Source: Staphylothermus hellenicus DSM 12710 (GTDB taxonomy: Archaea > Thermoproteota > Thermoprotei_A > Sulfolobales > Desulfurococcaceae). From it: a stretch of 32,000 bases of DNA. The translations under genes and the position numbers were made by a program. Where the stretch lies: positions 630,001 to 662,000 of the forward strand of contig NC_014205.1 of assembly GCF_000092465.1 (NCBI RefSeq), written 5' to 3'. Numbering within the stretch: position 1 is the first letter of the stretch; every line of letters starts with the position of its first letter. The notes beneath the pieces were generated by a model that worked only from the letters and a program-made list of their open reading frames with translations, was not told where the DNA came from and did not search any database. Below are positions 26,820-32,000 of the stretch, one piece after another.

Positions 26820-27941
26820 ATGGTGTTAGAAGCCATTGTTTTAGCTGGGGGACTCGGTTCTAGACTTAGGCCTTTGACTCTTGTTAAGCCTAAACCAATG
26901 ATTCCTTTGGCTGGTAAGCCTTTGATTGAACATATTATTTATTGGTTGAAAAATCATGGTTTTACCAGGTTTATCGTTGTAGGTAAGTATTTAGGGGAGG
27001 TTATAAGGGATTATTTCAGTAATAGAAGAGATGTTATTGTGAGAATTGTTGATAGTAAGGATACAGCTGATGCTGTTAGGCTTGTTAGAGACGATATTTT
27101 ATCTGATGATATCCTGATATCTATGGGCGATGTAATATGTAATGCTGATTTTTATTCTTTTTATAAATACCATGTTGAAAATAATGGTATAGCAACTATT
27201 TCTCTTAAAGAAGTAGATAATCCGCTCCAATACGGTGTTGTATTTATTGATGAACACGGCAGAATTAGGCATTTTGTTGAAAAGCCCGCGTCTATAGAAC
27301 TATATGTTCTAAACATAGCTTTTCTTAAGAGTTACAAGAGCTTTAGAAGTAATTTGGTAAATACAGGGTTTTACATGATCAATAAGTATGTTCTCGAAAT
27401 AATTTCGAAATATCCATCATTAATGGATTGGGGCAAACACGTATTTCCATATCTCGTTGAGCAAGGATATAAAGTTTATGGATGGATAATGAACAATAAT
27501 GTTTACTGGGAGGATCTGGGTAGGATCAACAACTATGTTAAAACACTACGGGATCTATTAAGCGGTAAAATCCCCGGCTATAAACCAGCAGGAAGAGAAG
27601 TCGAAGATAAAGTCTATATTGATGAGGGGGCAGATGTTAGAGGAAAAATAATTCCGCCAGTATATATAGGTAGAAACGTATTCGTAGATGAGAAATCAAT
27701 AATAGGCCCATATGTCTCTATAGAGGAAAACTCTGTTATCAAAGGTGAATCAAATATATCGTATACTATTATATGGGAGAACACAGGAATAATGCATAGC
27801 AAAATTCATGACTCAGTCATAATGAATTCTGTTCACATAGTTGACTCAAAAATTTCCTCAAGCATAATTGGCTCATATAATTTTGTCCGGAGAAATATCT
27901 TGGTTGAAAAAGAAATATTTGAGCCAAAAATTCAGGTGTGA
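26820..27941 (+). CDS. Sugar-1-phosphate nucleotidyltransferase with C-terminal left-handed beta-helix (hexapeptide repeat) domain
   Basis: LAGGLGSRLRPLT..KPMIPLAGKPLIEH NTP-transferase signature. The C-terminal third is hexapeptide-like ([LIV]G..... periodicity). ATG 26820 has GAGGAG 6 nt upstream. The ORF track start is TTG 26805. Confidence 0.9.
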   Translation: MVLEAIVLAGGLGSRLRPLTLVKPKPMIPLAGKPLIEHIIYWLKNHGFTRFIVVGKYLGEVIRDYFSNRRDVIVRIVDSKDTADAVRLVRDDILSDDILISMGDVICNADFYSFYKYHVENNGIATISLKEVDNPLQYGVVFIDEHGRIRHFVEKPASIELYVLNIAFLKSYKSFRSNLVNTGFYMINKYVLEIISKYPSLMDWGKHVFPYLVEQGYKVYGWIMNNNVYWEDLGRINNYVKTLRDLLSGKIPGYKPAGREVEDKVYIDEGADVRGKIIPPVYIGRNVFVDEKSIIGPYVSIEENSVIKGESNISYTIIWENTGIMHSKIHDSVIMNSVHIVDSKISSSIIGSYNFVRRNILVEKEIFEPKIQV

Positions 27942-27947
27942 ATCCAC

Positions 27948-29267
27948 ATGTATAAGTCCATAAACAATAGGCTGGTTGGAGAACCAAACAAGGATTTATT
28001 GCCCGAAGATGCCTCAAAGCTTGGAGCAATTATTGGTTCATGGTATGGTGGAGGATCTCTAGTTGTCAGTGGCAGAGACTATAATCCATCTTCTAGAATG
28101 TTAAAGAGAGCATTTATATCTGGCTTGATGAGTGTAGGAGTAGATGTGATGGATTTCCATGAATCTGTAAGTGGCGAAATAGGTTTTTCTATAAAAAGAT
28201 TTGGTGCTCGTGGAGGATTCATAATATTTTCTCATCCATGGCTAAGCAATAACGTATTATTCAGAATAATGGCTAATCCGGGAGTTGAAATAATTGGTGC
28301 TAAGTTAAAGGAGATAATTGATAAGACAATTATTAATAGAACAGAGCCTTCAAATACTGGATGGGTTACATATGCTGAATATATACATAGACTATATATT
28401 TCCGCGCTTACTGCTCAGGTGAAATCCGATAGAATAGCTGATCGAAAATTTAGAGTTGTTATTGATACATGTCATGGTCCAGCAGATAAGATATTGCCGG
28501 AGCTTCTATCAAGTTTAAATATTGATTTTGTATTGGTAAATGCGGCAAAACCTCCCCAGATTGGTTCAAGAACTTATCCATTGATAAGTGATCTATACAA
28601 GATATATGGGATCGTGCAATCTATTAATGCGGATTTAGGAGTGGTTTTCAATACAGATGCTTCATCAATGATAATAATTGATAATGAAGGAAACATATTA
28701 TTACCTGAAGAAACCCTTCTCGTATTATTAAAGCGTCTCCCCTCTAAATCCACTATTCTAGTATCCGATGAAGTATTTGGCTTTATAGATGATATCTTAA
28801 GTAGTGTAGATATTAATGTATATAGGGCATCCAGCGAGGAAGAATTGATCAAGAAAACCGTTGATGAAAGACCACCATTATCAATGGGTTATGCCGGCGA
28901 CTACATAAACCCGCTGTTCAGCCTTAGTTATGATGCTATAATGGCTTTTCTAAAATTATTAGAAGCACTAACCTATTATGATAAACCATTATCGAAAATA
29001 GTTATGGAGAAAACTTATCCTAGATACTATGTTATGGAGACTTCGTCACCAATAATAGATGTGAGCAAGAAAATATGTAGCTTAGACAATGCTTATTGTT
29101 TACCGATCATAACAGGTTATAGGATAAGATATATGGATACAAGAATGATATTAACAATTAATCCTTCAAATAATATGTCTAAAATACTAATCGACCCTAC
29201 TGCGGGAAATATTGCTGAACTATTGAAAAGCATACATAAGGTTTTGAAAGAGCTGGAACAATCTTAA
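27948..29267 (+). CDS. Phosphoglucomutase/phosphomannomutase-fold protein with degenerate catalytic motifs
   Basis: Overall four-domain PGM/PMM layout (..RVVIDTCHGPADKILPELL..). Motifs read FSHPW instead of TASHNP, FNTDASS instead of DGDGDR, GYAGDY instead of GEESGH, and INPSNNMS instead of RPSGTEP. Starts 6 nt after the nucleotidyltransferase stop. Confidence 0.8.
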   Translation: MYKSINNRLVGEPNKDLLPEDASKLGAIIGSWYGGGSLVVSGRDYNPSSRMLKRAFISGLMSVGVDVMDFHESVSGEIGFSIKRFGARGGFIIFSHPWLSNNVLFRIMANPGVEIIGAKLKEIIDKTIINRTEPSNTGWVTYAEYIHRLYISALTAQVKSDRIADRKFRVVIDTCHGPADKILPELLSSLNIDFVLVNAAKPPQIGSRTYPLISDLYKIYGIVQSINADLGVVFNTDASSMIIIDNEGNILLPEETLLVLLKRLPSKSTILVSDEVFGFIDDILSSVDINVYRASSEEELIKKTVDERPPLSMGYAGDYINPLFSLSYDAIMAFLKLLEALTYYDKPLSKIVMEKTYPRYYVMETSSPIIDVSKKICSLDNAYCLPIITGYRIRYMDTRMILTINPSNNMSKILIDPTAGNIAELLKSIHKVLKELEQS

Positions 29268-29320
29268 GAGTTAATCTTGTATAGGGGTCTTAATATATTT
29301 TTAATAGGTGAAGATATTTG

Positions 29321-29656
29321 ATGGAAGAGCTCGTTAATGAATTCTATGCGTCAGTTAAGAAATGGCTTAAAACAAATCCTAAGCAGATCAGGGCATTCCT
29401 CGACTTTCTACAAACAGTTCGTGAACCAGGGGCTCTAGATACTAAGACAAAGGAATTGATCGCTGTAGCTTCGAGTGTAGCGGCCAGGTGTCAATGGTGT
29501 ATTGCACTACATGTTAAAGAAGCCATTGAAGCAGGTGCATCTCCTGAAGAGATAAGAGAAGCTGCTTGGGTAGCTGTATTAATGGGTGGGGGGCCTAACC
29601 TAGCGTATATGCAATTAGTGGAGAAGGCTATACAAGAGTTTACTGAGCAGGGCTAG
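29321..29656 (+). CDS. Carboxymuconolactone decarboxylase / AhpD-like family protein
   Basis: Core AhpD-type motif ARCQWCIALHVKEA (CxxC..H) in a ~110-aa all-helical protein. AGGTGA 9 nt upstream of ATG 29321. Confidence 0.85.
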   Translation: MEELVNEFYASVKKWLKTNPKQIRAFLDFLQTVREPGALDTKTKELIAVASSVAARCQWCIALHVKEAIEAGASPEEIREAAWVAVLMGGGPNLAYMQLVEKAIQEFTEQG

Positions 29657-32000
29657 TGGAGGTAAAAGCTTGGTTTAAGCGGTAATGTTTTTTCTGCTTT
29701 AGGAATATTCTTCGTTCTAGCTTCTTCCTCCCAGTAAACCTCTATATTTAATCCTGTCTTTTTAGCTATATAATGTCTTGCTTCATTGTATGCTTCATAT
29801 TCGTGTAAAGGATCTGTTTTTAAAGCTCTTTTACAAGGTAGTCTAGAACATTCTTGTATCACATATACTATTTCTTTCTCCCTGCCCTTTAACCCGTATT
29901 TATCCCGTATAGTTCTTATTATTTCTCTTCTATCCATGCCTTTCTCAATCATTTCTATAACTTCTCTTTTCCATGGAGACGCTACTACTATATAGGCATG
30001 TTTTGGTTTAGGAGATAATATGTTCAGCACGTTCTTGATATCATCAATTAGGGATTCAATGGCTTCCTCGAGAATTTCTACTTCTTCATTGATCGCATTA
30101 TAGTCTGCTTCTGGCCATTTCTCTAAGGATAAGAATTCTTTTTTACCCATCCAGCTCCATATTTCCTCGGTTAAATGAGGGATTACAGGGTTAAGGGCTT
30201 TCAGCCATTTACTAAGGATTCTTTTAACCATACATATTGTTTCTTCATTATTTGTTCTTTCACGATAATGATCTATTGATACCATGACATCATAGAATAT
30301 TTTCTGTATATAGTCTCTTACCTCCATGTTATCAAGAGCATTTGTTGCTTCTACAAGTAATCTATTGAATCTGGATAAGAACCATTTATCAATGTATTTA
30401 TCGTGACCATATTTCTCGCATTTTGTTCTGATAGCTTTTTCAGCTATTACAGTGAATTTTCTCAGAGAATCAATTACACGTTCTACTTCTTTCTCGCGCC
30501 AATCAAGCACTGTGTCTAGATTAGCTGCTCCAGCAATATATAGTCTGAACAGGTCCGCCGAGTATTTTTCAGCAATATCTCTTAACAATATAACGTTTCC
30601 CTTACTCTTACTCATCTTGGCTCCTTCACGTATAACCATTTCATTTAATGTGATCATTTTAGGCCAGTGTTTCCTAGGAAATATGGCTATGTGGTGATAT
30701 ATGAAGAATGATAAATGATTACTTATGTGAGCTATACCTGTATGTCTCTGATCCACTGGGTACCAATAATTGAATTCTTGCCTCATCTCCTCTAGTATTT
30801 TCAAAGGTATTCCAGTATCTTCAGATATCTCTTCAGGATCGCCTTCTCCAAGGAATATATAGTCGAATACCTGAGGTTTAAGCTGTTCAGGCTTAACATT
30901 GTGTTTTCTAATAATATGTGCTATAGTATAGAATGCCATATAAATGGTTGAATCGCTTAAGCTCTCAATAACCCATTCAGGATCAAATGGTAGCTTTGTT
31001 CCAAGCCCTCTTTTTCTAGCACATGGTCTTTTCTCAAGCCAATCAATAGCGTCTAGCAAGGCCTTCTTGTATTTATTTGGAATAATCCGCATCTTCTCAG
31101 ATACATATTTCTTTACTTCCTCCTTCCACCATGGAACACTATAATCTATGAACCATTGCCCAATTATTTTTGCAGCGATAATTTTTCCTCCAGCTCTACA
31201 ATAGGCTTTACGGTTTAACTCGTAGAAAACGAATCCTTTGTTCTCTCTAAACAGTTTCTTCTTTATTTTTTCCTTTGCTTCACTAACACTTAATCCTTTA
31301 AATTCCGGATCATCCACGATCATTACTCCTTTATAGTATTGTTCCTTATATACTATTTTAGTTGCTTCAACAAGTCTTGGATCAAGCTGGCTCGTTATAC
31401 CCATCTCCTCGACAACAACTCCTGCGTGATGACCCTTTATACCTGGTACATCAATTATTTTGATAGGCTCTATTTCCTTGACAATCTCTGGATCGATACC
31501 GTACATAGCTAGTTTTTCAGGATTCTTTTTAAGCTCCATTAAGGCGACGTAATCATATGGGGCATCGCTTGGCTCACTATAAACTATGCCTGTAGCATTA
31601 TCTGGATCAACGAAGTCTGCTGGAAGAACTATTAATTCTTTGCCTAATGGACTAATTGCTTTTTTACCGATGAGTTCTCTTCCCTTTATTTCCCTAATTA
31701 TTTTGAATTCATCTAGTGGATGTTGGTGTTGAAGCTTAACGAGGGCTTCTTTTGAAACAATTATTTTTTCTCCACGCCACTTAACAACTACATATTCAGC
31801 ATCGGGGTTAACCCATATATTGGTGGCACCAAATAATGTTTCAGGCCTAAGAGTAGCTGCTACGAGATATGTATTGTCTTCGTTGAGAAGCTTGAACTTT
31901 ATTGCTGTAAACTCTAGAATCTCTACAGGGTTAACATCAGCGTCCTGTATATCGTCTTCTCCTTCAGGTTGTTTATGTAGTAGACAATAAGTTACTATGT
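29653..32000 (-). CDS. leuS: Leucyl-tRNA synthetase, archaeal type (N-terminus lies beyond the right edge)
   Basis: KMSKSKGN class I signature, CARKRGLGT..WVIESLSDSTIYMAFYT and HTGIAHISNHLSFFIYHH blocks typical of archaeal LeuRS. The frame stays open upstream of the track's Met (..PYDYVALMELKK..) to nt 32000. Confidence 0.95.
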   Translation of the reverse strand, partial: IVTYCLLHKQPEGEDDIQDADVNPVEILEFTAIKFKLLNEDNTYLVAATLRPETLFGATNIWVNPDAEYVVVKWRGEKIIVSKEALVKLQHQHPLDEFKIIREIKGRELIGKKAISPLGKELIVLPADFVDPDNATGIVYSEPSDAPYDYVALMELKKNPEKLAMYGIDPEIVKEIEPIKIIDVPGIKGHHAGVVVEEMGITSQLDPRLVEATKIVYKEQYYKGVMIVDDPEFKGLSVSEAKEKIKKKLFRENKGFVFYELNRKAYCRAGGKIIAAKIIGQWFIDYSVPWWKEEVKKYVSEKMRIIPNKYKKALLDAIDWLEKRPCARKRGLGTKLPFDPEWVIESLSDSTIYMAFYTIAHIIRKHNVKPEQLKPQVFDYIFLGEGDPEEISEDTGIPLKILEEMRQEFNYWYPVDQRHTGIAHISNHLSFFIYHHIAIFPRKHWPKMITLNEMVIREGAKMSKSKGNVILLRDIAEKYSADLFRLYIAGAANLDTVLDWREKEVERVIDSLRKFTVIAEKAIRTKCEKYGHDKYIDKWFLSRFNRLLVEATNALDNMEVRDYIQKIFYDVMVSIDHYRERTNNEETICMVKRILSKWLKALNPVIPHLTEEIWSWMGKKEFLSLEKWPEADYNAINEEVEILEEAIESLIDDIKNVLNILSPKPKHAYIVVASPWKREVIEMIEKGMDRREIIRTIRDKYGLKGREKEIVYVIQECSRLPCKRALKTDPLHEYEAYNEARHYIAKKTGLNIEVYWEEEARTKNIPKAEKTLPLKPSFYLH

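Noticed and set aside
1-32000. Search for CRISPR arrays, rRNA/tRNA genes, IS elements, integrases and canonical defence genes
   Set aside because: I saw no regularly spaced direct repeats, no tRNA-like cloverleaf with a GTTCRANYC T-loop, and no transposase, integrase, Cas, restriction-modification or toxin-antitoxin signatures. The PIN domain at 706-2241 is part of a housekeeping-type COG1855 ATPase and not a VapC toxin.

Overview
This is an AT-rich archaeal chromosome segment. The gene content, TATA-like promoters and GGTGA/GAGG ribosome-binding sites 6-9 nt upstream of ATG/GTG/TTG starts suggest a hyperthermophilic crenarchaeon. Desulfurococcales or something Staphylothermus-like is my guess and is not verified. 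I can support about 30 protein genes, mostly housekeeping. They include a PIN/ATPase/KH protein, an anchored metallophosphoesterase, a COG2403 P-loop protein, PEP synthase and a biotin carboxylase. They also include an M20 peptidase followed by a JAMM/MPN+ protein, a Pyrococcus-type ferredoxin and a four-gene BMP-family (nucleoside-type) ABC transporter operon. The remainder are a CDF transporter, a cyclic amidohydrolase, two YjbQ-like genes, an NDP-sugar module, an AhpD-like protein and a partial leucyl-tRNA synthetase. The most unusual locus lies at 20.40-20.93 kb. It holds a GC-rich block of about 240 nt that folds (minus strand) into nested helices and sits behind its own TATA box. The block lies as an exact 261-bp in-frame unit between two diverged copies of the same short gene segment, and ORF fragments lie on both sides. 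I could not assign it to SRP RNA, RNase P RNA, tRNA or guide sRNA classes. Secondary observations are a 407-aa protein with a PD-(D/E)xK nuclease signature and a CX3C-X8-CX3C motif, and a JAMM protein with a long N-terminal extension. Others are a phosphohexomutase homologue with all four catalytic motifs degenerate, a frameshifted MarC-family pseudogene missed by the ORF track, a tandem YjbQ pair bracketed by paralogous membrane proteins, and a small GC-rich palindromic island. I found no rRNA, tRNA, CRISPR array, transposase or integrase. All family calls come from motif recognition by eye and no database search was run.
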